Program-made: the position numbers and the translations under genes
IMG/VR virus record: IMGVR_UViG_3300005805_000073
Coordinates: 1-64,000 of that record
DNA length: 64,000 nt
Direction: 5' to 3' (one strand)
Origin: a virus
Lineage: Duplodnaviria > Caudoviricetes
Notes under the pieces: generated by a model
Told to the model about the DNA's origin: nothing
The model's input: only the letters and a program-made list of their open reading frames with translations
Databases searched by the model: none
Shown here: in pieces, positions 29,349-37,112 of the stretch
Position numbering within the stretch: position 1 is the stretch's first letter
How the letters are laid out: each line of letters starts with the position of its first letter

Positions 29349-29388
29349 GAAAGGGGGCTTTTTAGGCCCCCTTTCTTTTTTGCTTTTT
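29349..29388 (+). terminator. Rho-independent terminator between convergent gp29-like and gp32 genes
   Basis: gaaagggggc / gccccctttc 10-bp stem followed by a T run. Confidence 0.9.
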
Positions 29389-29394
29389 ATTGAA

Positions 29395-30318
29395 TTAATC
29401 TTCAGCTAACTTGCTGAAATAACTCAAGGTGTCATCGTCATCATCTTCATCTGCCTTAGAGGTCTTGATGACAGGCGCAGAAGCTGATTTCATCTTAGGT
29501 GCTGCTGCAACAGGTTCATCTTCCATACGACTCTCGGAAATCTTATCGGCTGTCATGGATGATACCGGACTTCCCTTTAACACCATGTCGAGCTTCTTCT
29601 TCAATTCTTCATAGCTCTTGAAGTTCTTGGCGTCCAAGAAGGTTTGAAGGGGATGCTGCTGATTCCAGATGGCCTCGATAGCGGCATCATCATCAGCAAT
29701 GGCTGACACAGGCTCAAATTCAGACTTATCATAGTTCCGATATCCTTCAACATTACGAATCTTCAACTTGAAGTTAGCACCCTTCCAGAAATCAAAGGGA
29801 TTGGTGGGATCCTCATCCTCGAACTGAGGTTGCATCACATCCTTAATCTTGTCGAAAATCTTCTTACCAAACTTGTACAAGAACACCTTGCCCTCGTTCT
29901 GAGGATTGGCAGAGTCCTTCACAACAAGAATGTTTGTGATGTAACTCAAACGACGCTTTTGCTTACGAGCAATTTCCTTATTGCTCTCAATGCCAGAGTT
30001 CCAAAGTTCTGAATTCAATTCAGATACCGGATCCGGCTGATTCAATGTGGTCAAGCTGTTCTCAATATACCAGCGACCAGAGGGACCTTGGAATCCATGA
30101 TTCCATAGACGTACCCAGGGAAGTTCCTCACCCTTTGTGGGAGGAAGAAAACGAATCACGGCATAACCATTGCCTGCCTTATCAACGGCGGGACTCCAGA
30201 AGCGGTCATCTTCCCGGCGTTCGTTCGTTTGTGGGTTTGCAATCTTTTCCACCTCTTTCATGAGGTTATCGAAGTTGCCACGATTCTTGCGTAAATCAGA
30301 TAAACTTGTGTAAGACAT
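29395..30318 (-). CDS. gp32: Single-stranded DNA-binding protein gp32
   Basis: DDRFW.P.VDKAGNGYAVIRFLP...GPSGRWYIENSLTTL...LYKFGKKIFDK...RNYDKSEF; acidic tail. Confidence 0.97.
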   Translation of the reverse strand: MSYTSLSDLRKNRGNFDNLMKEVEKIANPQTNERREDDRFWSPAVDKAGNGYAVIRFLPPTKGEELPWVRLWNHGFQGPSGRWYIENSLTTLNQPDPVSELNSELWNSGIESNKEIARKQKRRLSYITNILVVKDSANPQNEGKVFLYKFGKKIFDKIKDVMQPQFEDEDPTNPFDFWKGANFKLKIRNVEGYRNYDKSEFEPVSAIADDDAAIEAIWNQQHPLQTFLDAKNFKSYEELKKKLDMVLKGSPVSSMTADKISESRMEDEPVAAAPKMKSASAPVIKTSKADEDDDDDTLSYFSKLAED

Positions 30319-30380
30319 TGTGTTTCTCCTTGTATAACGGTGTATGTAAAGTGTATGTTGCGTATGGTACTGCCATAATA

Positions 30381-30569
30381 TTAATACCTATCATCAATCT
30401 CATCATATTCTTCGTCTGAATAACTCTCATCAAAATAATCTTCATCAAATTCAGTGTCAAGCATATCGTAGATTGCCTTACGATGTTTGCCAAACTTATC
30501 CCGTTCTACTCTCTTGGGCTTTTTGAAGCTGCGATATTCATCTTCTTCCCAATCATTATTTTTACTCAT
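30381..30569 (-). CDS. Small hypothetical protein with acidic C-terminus
   Basis: 62 aa, coupled to the gp59 stop; D/E-rich tail. Confidence 0.65.
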   Translation of the reverse strand: MSKNNDWEEDEYRSFKKPKRVERDKFGKHRKAIYDMLDTEFDEDYFDESYSDEEYDEIDDRY

Positions 30570-31143
30570 AGAAGGCCTTGTGTGTAATCATTGAAAACTT
30601 GTCTTTCTCCACTTTGATGAATGGTGAATATTTGTGTATCATTCGTGAGACAGAATTCCAAACTGGGTCTAACACCAGATGTTCATCTATCTCTATAGTA
30701 AATTTATATAGTTTATTTAGAATTACAAGTGTTTCTAACCGACATTTTTTACCACAATACGCCTTTAATATCACCGGATGTCCCTGAGAACAATTCCATG
30801 CATCTTCTATAATGGATACCTGTGTTGCCAAATATTGAATATCCTGCGTGTAACTATATGTTAATCGTTCCTGACTTCTTTTCCAATCAATGTAAATTTC
30901 AGGACCTGTGGTTTCAAAAATGCCCCATTCATTCCCATGTAAAAAATTTGATACCAAATAACCAATAAATTCATCTTGGTCATAGTTATACTGTTTCATC
31001 AACATTTCTAGCTTCTTTTTGAAACTTGGTTTTACACCTGCTTTAGGTTTACGAGGTGTGATACCACTACGAATATCATAATTATCTGTTGTGAAATGTA
31101 ATCTAAGAGCAGTGTAAATTTTATAGGCGTCAGTAACATTCAT
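30562..31143 (-). CDS. gp59: Helicase loader gp59-like
   Basis: AYKIY.ALRLHFT...YD...HP.ILK......LETLVIL motif; next to gp33 and gp32. Confidence 0.8.
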   Translation of the reverse strand: MNVTDAYKIYTALRLHFTTDNYDIRSGITPRKPKAGVKPSFKKKLEMLMKQYNYDQDEFIGYLVSNFLHGNEWGIFETTGPEIYIDWKRSQERLTYSYTQDIQYLATQVSIIEDAWNCSQGHPVILKAYCGKKCRLETLVILNKLYKFTIEIDEHLVLDPVWNSVSRMIHKYSPFIKVEKDKFSMITHKAFYE

Positions 31144-31409
31144 AAAGGTAGCTTAGATGACTTCTTCAATAAATTCATTTCCTCAGCTTCAGCTTGTATC
31201 TTAGCCTTCAATGAGCTAGTAATCATGGTTGCTACGGCCACAGGTTCAATACCCTTTTCTTCACAATATTCTATTAGAGCTTCGAAGCATCCAATGTTTC
31301 GTCGAATGGCTTCTTTTTCAATATGAATAGAAAATTCAACCGAACTTGTGAATTCTCTAGTAATAAGGTATTCAACTGTTAATATTTTAGGGTCTTGCTC
31401 ATCTGTCAT
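31140..31409 (-). CDS. gp33: Late transcription coactivator gp33
   Basis: F...IE........EA...YCEE..IE...V...I..SLK.KI..EA...NLL motif. Confidence 0.9.
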   Translation of the reverse strand: MTDEQDPKILTVEYLITREFTSSVEFSIHIEKEAIRRNIGCFEALIEYCEEKGIEPVAVATMITSSLKAKIQAEAEEMNLLKKSSKLPL

Positions 31410-31897
31410 GTTTTAGGCTCGTAGAAAATATGTCCACCTATACGAACAATGGGTCTTGCAAATGTCCAATTAGGTGACACTTTAGTATTGTGAAAGTATA
31501 ATGCATTCTCTAAACTAACAACATTCACATCATTTGTCAATACCTGTTCGGCAATTTCTTTTGCTTTGGCATATATCTGAGCATTGAAACGTGCCTTAGG
31601 CCCGCACGTCCAAGAGAATTGACAACCACGTGGGTTGCGTTGATATACGACACCACAAATAGTTTTTGGAAAATCAGGATGTCGAACACGGTTCATGGTT
31701 ACAATGGCGACGGCTAATTTTCCAAGATATGGTTCAGCGGGTGCTTCGTAATAGATGTTTTTAGCCAAACATTCAACATCTTTTGGATTTAACAATGTAA
31801 TAGGTTCTAATACAGGAACACGTTCCAATGGTTTTGCATTAGGTGATAACGCTATGGACACAAATAACAGCAAGGACAAAATAATGAATTTTTTCAT
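31406..31897 (-). CDS. SleB-like cell wall hydrolase (Hydrolase_2) with signal peptide
   Basis: CLA.NIYYEA.......AV..VTMNRV....P.TICGVVYQ....QFSW...ALYFH...IGGHIFY; N-terminal MKK plus hydrophobic stretch. Confidence 0.92.
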   Translation of the reverse strand: MKKFIILSLLLFVSIALSPNAKPLERVPVLEPITLLNPKDVECLAKNIYYEAPAEPYLGKLAVAIVTMNRVRHPDFPKTICGVVYQRNPRGCQFSWTCGPKARFNAQIYAKAKEIAEQVLTNDVNVVSLENALYFHNTKVSPNWTFARPIVRIGGHIFYEPKT

Positions 31898-31916
31898 AAT
31901 ACCTCCTTGTTATAGA

Positions 31917-31945
31917 AACATACTATAAAGTTTGGATAATGTCAA
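31917..31945 (-). promoter_or_regulatory. Sigma70-type early promoter TTGACA-N17-TATGTT
   Basis: Upstream of the hydrolase gene, followed by an AAGGAGG RBS. Confidence 0.75.
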
Positions 31946-32694
31946 GAGTATCCAAACATCTCATAGTCATCTTGAAACAGGTAGCGTACTACATCGTCAA
32001 ATTTTTTTGTAGTGAAATCAATATTTACACTTGTATTGTTACTTGAATTAATTTGTTCAAGGTTGTTAGTTGAATATCCTAACGTTTTTTCAATCCAATA
32101 ATTAAACTCTGATAGGTTTTCATAACGAAATGTTTTTACTTGTGGATGATAAGCATACTCAGTTTGTGTTACAAACATACTTGTAACGAATGATGGATTT
32201 TCTGTTTGAAAAATCTCACCTACAATACAACCGGGTTTTAATTTACTATTTTTATCAAAATGTGTATATATGAAATTGTAAAATACTTCTTCATTTTCTA
32301 AGAAATTAAAAAAACTTCTGCTTTTTTTAAAATCAGCTATACTGTTATCCTTCTCCACAATTTCAATTTCACCACAAAATTCACATATGGACAAAATGTT
32401 ATGTACATCCATTTCTTTTAATTGTGAATTCAACTTACTTTGTAAATGTCTCAACCCTGAAATGAAACGACTTTTTGGATGTCTAACTAATCCAAATGCA
32501 AGTTCTATGTTTGGTTTATTTGCACACTGTGCAGATTTCATGCGAGAAAAACTTGCATGAGCATGAACTATCATATTAGTACTTTGTTCATTGAGCAATT
32601 CAGAAAAAAATAATTTTTGATATGAATGTGTTGCTGTTCTTGGCACCTTAACCCAAAAATATTTTTTACCATCTAATAACGAAGAAACAATCAT
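31942..32694 (-). CDS. Sulfotransferase family protein (Sulfotransfer_2-like)
   Basis: KVPRTAT (5'-PSB loop), VRHPKSRFIS (3'-PB) and terminal F.DDYEMFGY. Confidence 0.8.
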   Translation of the reverse strand: MIVSSLLDGKKYFWVKVPRTATHSYQKLFFSELLNEQSTNMIVHAHASFSRMKSAQCANKPNIELAFGLVRHPKSRFISGLRHLQSKLNSQLKEMDVHNILSICEFCGEIEIVEKDNSIADFKKSRSFFNFLENEEVFYNFIYTHFDKNSKLKPGCIVGEIFQTENPSFVTSMFVTQTEYAYHPQVKTFRYENLSEFNYWIEKTLGYSTNNLEQINSSNNTSVNIDFTTKKFDDVVRYLFQDDYEMFGYS

Positions 32695-32699
32695 ATTGT

Positions 32700-34208
32700 T
32701 TATGAAGTGAATTGTGTATAGCAGCTGTATGAAGAATTACACACACACGGAAAACTTGCCTTATAACAAACACCATAAGGGTTATAACACGCATATCCAC
32801 AGAATGCTGTGATTACAGACACCTCTGAATTGATATTCTCAGTGAAAAATCTATAGGATTCTACTGCTTCTTCAGGTGCTGAAGTGTATATTTTAAGAAA
32901 CATATGTTTTGTTTCTACTTTATTATTTTCTGAATCTAGAGCTCTAGTAACAATCCGATATGCGGCTGAAGGTAAATCAACAGGAGGATTTATCGTCAAT
33001 TTTGTACCATCAACGGTTATCCAACTAGGAAGGCTTGTGAATCCTCCTCCCTCGTTTGGTATTCCGTTAAATTGTAATTGTGTGGCATATAAATTGTTAT
33101 ATTCCAACACTATCTCATGTGAAGTCCCTTTTTGAATTGATACTTCATTAGGACCTGTGATGATACTAGATAATGTGGCAGCTCGAACCAATCGGTTAGG
33201 TGTAGTGCCATAGGTGATTTCGTTGCGGAATAGGATATCAATGCTACATCGTTCAATTAAATGAGTTTGTATTGCAGAGGCGTTCATGCTAGGATTTTCT
33301 ACAATATGTTGAGCCAAAGCTCCTGACACCACACCTGCAGCAATGGAAGTACCTGAGGCTTCCAACATACCTCCACTTATATCTGCAACATTCACATCTA
33401 TGCCTGGGGCAAAAACATCAACTTCAGGGCCAAAATTGCTTAGTGCACCTTCACCCCAGCTAATCACACGGTCATAGGCATCACTTGCACCAACTCCTAA
33501 TACCATATTTAATCCCACAGGTGAATAATCATCAGCAGCAACGCCTGTATTACCCGCAGCTGCAACCACCACAAGATTATCTGCGTACAACTCAGCAATT
33601 TTCAAATCTAGAATTTGACTCTTAGGAACCAACCAAGAACAATTCACAATGGCGACGGATGCAACATCATGATGATTTAAAATGGCATCAAAAGCAGCCA
33701 GTAAAACACTATATGTCGTTGATGAACCCGTTGGAATTTTCACATCATTAAGGTTCACATTTTTGGAAATGCCTAAAGTTTTACCTGCAATCACGCTGGC
33801 AACCGAAGTACCGTGTCCATTTGTAGGGGTGAAATCTGAATTATAACTAAACAATTTGTTTACTGTTGTATGAGAGAATTCTGGGTGTGTATCATCAATA
33901 CCAGAGTCAACAACATAAACATTCACACCATCACCATAGTTCTTTACCTTATAGAAGTTGGTCATGGGCAATCCTTCAGATACAATACGAAGCTGATGCC
34001 ATTCAAATGATTCTACTGGTGTAACCTCAGAATCAATTTCAAAAGTGATAACTCCTGAAACTTCTGAAAATGAGGTTGATTCTGCACTCAAGGTTAAAAC
34101 ACCAATATTCGAAAACACATCATGAATCACAGTGCCAGCTGATTCTAACTCAGACCGTAGAACATCGATGTCAACATTTTTATCATATATTACATTATAC
34201 TTTACCAT
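32700..34208 (-). CDS. Subtilisin-family S8 protease with prodomain, Ig-like domain and Cys/Tyr-rich C-terminal peptide
   Basis: Intact triad motifs VVDSGID, NGHGTSVAS and SGTSIAAG, plus AAGN oxyanion motif. Confidence 0.95.
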   Translation of the reverse strand: MVKYNVIYDKNVDIDVLRSELESAGTVIHDVFSNIGVLTLSAESTSFSEVSGVITFEIDSEVTPVESFEWHQLRIVSEGLPMTNFYKVKNYGDGVNVYVVDSGIDDTHPEFSHTTVNKLFSYNSDFTPTNGHGTSVASVIAGKTLGISKNVNLNDVKIPTGSSTTYSVLLAAFDAILNHHDVASVAIVNCSWLVPKSQILDLKIAELYADNLVVVAAAGNTGVAADDYSPVGLNMVLGVGASDAYDRVISWGEGALSNFGPEVDVFAPGIDVNVADISGGMLEASGTSIAAGVVSGALAQHIVENPSMNASAIQTHLIERCSIDILFRNEITYGTTPNRLVRAATLSSIITGPNEVSIQKGTSHEIVLEYNNLYATQLQFNGIPNEGGGFTSLPSWITVDGTKLTINPPVDLPSAAYRIVTRALDSENNKVETKHMFLKIYTSAPEEAVESYRFFTENINSEVSVITAFCGYACYNPYGVCYKASFPCVCNSSYSCYTQFTS

Positions 34209-34232
34209 GGGATTCCTCGTTTATAGTACAAG

Positions 34233-34838
34233 TTATCTATTATTTATATTGTTTGTATAACTAAACATTTCATTTATCCCTAAAATTTTTGTGGCCCATA
34301 TCTTTTCCATACAAAAATAACATCCCCCGCATTCGTTATAAGATACTCCGCAGGAAGCAGTCATTTTCAACAAGTCTAAAAGGTCATATTCTATATATTT
34401 TCTCACAATTTCTATCTTGTCCCACTCAATAAATGGTCTAATGTGACGCTCATTCAACGGGTCTCCACGAACAGGAGGGGTATCATCTGGGATGTATACT
34501 GTGGGAATAAATTGGTCGGTCACCACCTTGTTACATCCCGTAAACACGTAATCTGAATGACATACATTAAATACATCTCGAACCACATTTCGTATCCAAT
34601 CTCTGGGAGCTGAGCAATTATATGTGATAGTCAACGGAAATTTTTCCTGTATCCAAGAAATAATAGCTCTAACATAGGAGGGTCTTACTGTACCTCCTCT
34701 ATAGGAAACGCAATCCAAATGCACGTTTAATTTATTCTCGTGGATTTCTTTTGCTAGCAAATATAACAATAATGTACTGTCTATTCCGCCTGAAACTAAT
34801 ACGGTTATCTTACGAGCGTCGTTAGGTATCATATTCAT
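34233..34838 (-). CDS. QueC-like PP-loop ATPase (paralog 1)
   Basis: VSGGIDS PP-loop and C-terminal TASC...CGGCYFCMEK Zn site. Confidence 0.8.
   Translation of the reverse strand: MNMIPNDARKITVLVSGGIDSTLLLYLLAKEIHENKLNVHLDCVSYRGGTVRPSYVRAIISWIQEKFPLTITYNCSAPRDWIRNVVRDVFNVCHSDYVFTGCNKVVTDQFIPTVYIPDDTPPVRGDPLNERHIRPFIEWDKIEIVRKYIEYDLLDLLKMTASCGVSYNECGGCYFCMEKIWATKILGINEMFSYTNNINNR
34241..34248 (-). promoter_or_regulatory. T4-type late promoter TATAAATA upstream of the subtilase
   Basis: Exact consensus about 33 nt before the subtilase ATG. Confidence 0.7.
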
Positions 34839-34849
34839 AGAAAAGGTAA

Positions 34850-35120
34850 TGGGGGTATTCTGTTCCCAGGAACCCCCTAACCCGGCTAAAATGTCTTACG
34901 CAGCTAGGGCGTAAGAGGTAGCGAATGACATATAATTGTTGTCATTTAATGTTTTTGCTCTGCTTAGGGCAGTCGCCTATCCGGTAGCTCTATCCTATAC
35001 TTCTTCCCCTGTCGAAACCAAGCACCCCCGAATATACCACACAAAACACTAATGGAGGTGAGGGGAGTCGAACCCCTGTCCAAGAAAAGTTTCCATTTTA
35101 GCAATCTACTACCATCCTAC
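34850..35120 (-). ncRNA. ssrA: Circularly permuted (two-piece) tmRNA; tag peptide (A)DNNYMSFATSYALAA
   Basis: Acceptor piece with T-arm AGGGG-TTCGACT-CCCCT and CACCTCC-A (ends 35053) precedes a 23-nt spacer. The coding piece starts GGGGGTG (35029) with a GGTTTCGAC loop. The G3.U70 pair is present. The tag ORF at 34943-34896 follows TAAAT and ends ALAA*. Ends are approximate. Confidence 0.92.
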
Positions 35121-35124
35121 TAAA

Positions 35125-35784
35125 TTATTTATACACCTCGTATAAATCACGATAATACAACAACTGTTCCACATGAAGGTCACGTTTGCTTTCAAACACT
35201 TGCATGAACCCATCTGATACTGCAATCAAGATGGTCAGTCTGTTCACAGGTATCTTGGTTCGTTCCTCAAACATGATGGCATAGGCAGCTGCTTGCATGA
35301 AATAGTGTTGGATGTGTTCCACATCTTTCTCTCGTCGCGCCGTCTTGAAGTCAATCACACTGAGTTTACCATCAAAATTGGCTATGCAATCCACTCGACC
35401 TGCCAACCGAAGATGGTGTGACCATAACGCCACTTCTTGAGCTCTGATATTGTCAATTCTGTCTAACACAGGATTAGCAACCTGAAACATCTCATGGTCC
35501 CAGAGGGACATATCTCTGCCTGACAAATTGTTCTGAAGATATTTTTCTACTAAAGTATGAAATCTAGTACCCCAGGCAGCTGCTTGTCGAGACACCTTAT
35601 TGGCCTCTTCAGCACCAACACGTGCCCTCCACTCCTGAATACCCTTTTTGGTGTGCTCAGAAAGAACAGAGGTGACAGATGGATAGAGCCCACCATCAGG
35701 TGTTTGATAGGCTCTGGTTCCATCTGCCTGTGTCACGGCGGATATGGTTTCTATTGTTACTGGATCATGGAGGAATGTTTTCAT
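35125..35784 (-). CDS. PD-(D/E)XK exonuclease of T4-like phages
   Basis: YPSVTSVL...EWR.RVG.EEA...GT.FH...E..L.S..L.LAGRVDC...IDFKT...YF.Q..AYA motif. Confidence 0.92.
   Translation of the reverse strand: MKTFLHDPVTIETISAVTQADGTRAYQTPDGGLYPSVTSVLSEHTKKGIQEWRARVGAEEANKVSRQAAAWGTRFHTLVEKYLQNNLSGRDMSLWDHEMFQVANPVLDRIDNIRAQEVALWSHHLRLAGRVDCIANFDGKLSVIDFKTARREKDVEHIQHYFMQAAAYAIMFEERTKIPVNRLTILIAVSDGFMQVFESKRDLHVEQLLYYRDLYEVYK
35126..35133 (-). promoter_or_regulatory. T4-type late promoter TATAAATA directly upstream of the tmRNA
   Basis: Exact consensus overlapping the exonuclease stop codon. Confidence 0.75.
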
Positions 35785-35790
35785 AACAAT

Positions 35791-35819
35791 AATATATCAC
35801 ATCACTAGAATTTTGTCAA
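35791..35819 (-). promoter_or_regulatory. Sigma70-type promoter TTGACA-N17-TATATT
   Basis: Directly upstream of the exonuclease start. Confidence 0.75.
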
Positions 35820-36571
35820 GCCACAGCCATGTCCTCACAAGCCATTCTGGCCATGATGTATTCCTTCACCAAAGGACCTCGAACAATGTCTTCCACATCA
35901 AACTCCACGTGACGGAAAGATGGCATATGGTGAGCAATGGCCATGAACTTTTTCAATCCTGACATGTCTGACCGTTTCTGTAAATCCGTCTGGCGGAAAT
36001 CACCACAGAAGATGATTTTGGTGTTTTGCCCGACACGGGTCATGATGCTGTTCAGTTCCATATCATTCATGTTTTGGGCTTCATCCACAATCACAATGCA
36101 GTTGTCCAAGGTCAATCCACGAACATAGGAAGTGACCATGAAATGGATGAGACTTTGTTCTTTCAATTTGTTATAGGCACGTTCCCCGAATCGTGGGAAC
36201 AAATCAGCACAAATTTCTTGATAGGGTTGTGAGTAGATTTCCACTTTCTCCTTTTCATTTCCCGGAAGAAACCCAATGTCACGGGAAGGCACTGCTGAAC
36301 GAACTATCACGACTTTACTATAATTGGAATTTTCCAGTATCTCCTTGAAAGCGCTGTGCATGGCGATGTATGTTTTCCCTGTTCCTGCCACACCATGGCA
36401 CAAGATGGCCTTGTGTCCTTTACGATAGAAATTGAAGAAGTTCTCCTGATTATTAGTGAGGGGATAAATTTCCTTTAAATCTGTGAGTTTTACTTTATGT
36501 TTGGATTCTTGTTCTTCTTGATAGATGTAGGTTTGGGAGGTGACCAACTTAAGGCGCTTTTTTCTGGACAT
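35816..36571 (-). CDS. phoH: PhoH family ATPase
   Basis: GVAGTGKT, RSAVPSRDIGFLPG, RGLTL...IVDEAQN and GDFRQTDL motifs. Confidence 0.97.
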   Translation of the reverse strand: MSRKKRLKLVTSQTYIYQEEQESKHKVKLTDLKEIYPLTNNQENFFNFYRKGHKAILCHGVAGTGKTYIAMHSAFKEILENSNYSKVVIVRSAVPSRDIGFLPGNEKEKVEIYSQPYQEICADLFPRFGERAYNKLKEQSLIHFMVTSYVRGLTLDNCIVIVDEAQNMNDMELNSIMTRVGQNTKIIFCGDFRQTDLQKRSDMSGLKKFMAIAHHMPSFRHVEFDVEDIVRGPLVKEYIMARMACEDMAVA

Positions 36572-36594
36572 AACGTACTCGTTGGGTTAAAGGT

Positions 36595-36628
36595 AAAAAA
36601 CCCCGACGAGGCCGAAGCCTCACCGGGG
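36595..36628 (-). terminator. Rho-independent terminator with UUCG tetraloop
   Basis: Minus strand ccccggtgaggc-ttcg-gcctcgtcgggg followed by tttttt. Confidence 0.9.
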
Positions 36629-36649
36629 TATACTACGGACGGAGAGTCC

Positions 36650-36916
36650 TTAGATAAAACTACTATTGTTTTTAATTGTAGAACCGGGGGTTTTTTCATG
36701 AATCTTTTGTAGTACCTCTCTGAATCCATTGTCGGGCCGGCGAATTCGTAATCGCACGGCATCTCCGATGGTAGGTGCTGTAAACATGACTTTTTGCACC
36801 TTCATCTCACCACACTTAGGACAGGGCTCCTCCGTAGGCTGATTCATGTTAGGTATACTTAGATACTTCGTGAAATACTCCTCACAAGCTTCACATTGGT
36901 ATTCATATGTTGGCAT
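36650..36916 (-). CDS. FmdB-family zinc-ribbon protein
   Basis: MPTYEYQCEAC...PCPKCG; start moved to MPTY. Confidence 0.9.
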   Translation of the reverse strand: MPTYEYQCEACEEYFTKYLSIPNMNQPTEEPCPKCGEMKVQKVMFTAPTIGDAVRLRIRRPDNGFREVLQKIHEKTPGSTIKNNSSFI

Positions 36917-36924
36917 ATTTTTAT

Positions 36925-37104
36925 TTATCTTTCGTAGTTTTCTGCCACACGTTGCACCGTGTCTCGTACCCATTGCAATAGCAATACTGCTGATTCATTT
37001 CCTTGCACCAGACGTTCAATGTTGTCTAGTTCTTCGTGTATTTCTATCACAAAGAAACGTATTCTATTGTCTACTTCTTCATAGTATTCTTCATGCTTTT
37101 CCAT
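36925..37104 (-). CDS. Hypothetical 59-aa protein; not in the ORF track
   Basis: Manual translation MEKHEEYYEEVDNRIRFFVIEIHEELDNIERLVQGNESAVLLLQWVRDTVQRVAENYER*; AGGAG upstream; fills the gap. Confidence 0.75.
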   Translation of the reverse strand: MEKHEEYYEEVDNRIRFFVIEIHEELDNIERLVQGNESAVLLLQWVRDTVQRVAENYER

Positions 37105-37112
37105 ACATACTC

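Noticed and set aside
34233-34838. 7-deazaguanine DNA modification cluster
   Set aside because: Only QueC-like genes are present; no folE, queD, queE or dpdA in the window. It cannot be excluded elsewhere in the genome.
35053-35085. Stand-alone tRNA suggested by a GGTTCGACTCC T-arm
   Set aside because: There is no anticodon arm. The matching 5' acceptor strand lies downstream and is followed by a tag ORF, which fits a permuted tmRNA.
35125-35784. Cas4 or CRISPR-associated nuclease
   Set aside because: It matches the common T4-like PD-(D/E)XK exonuclease; there is no four-Cys Fe-S motif and no cas genes or array.
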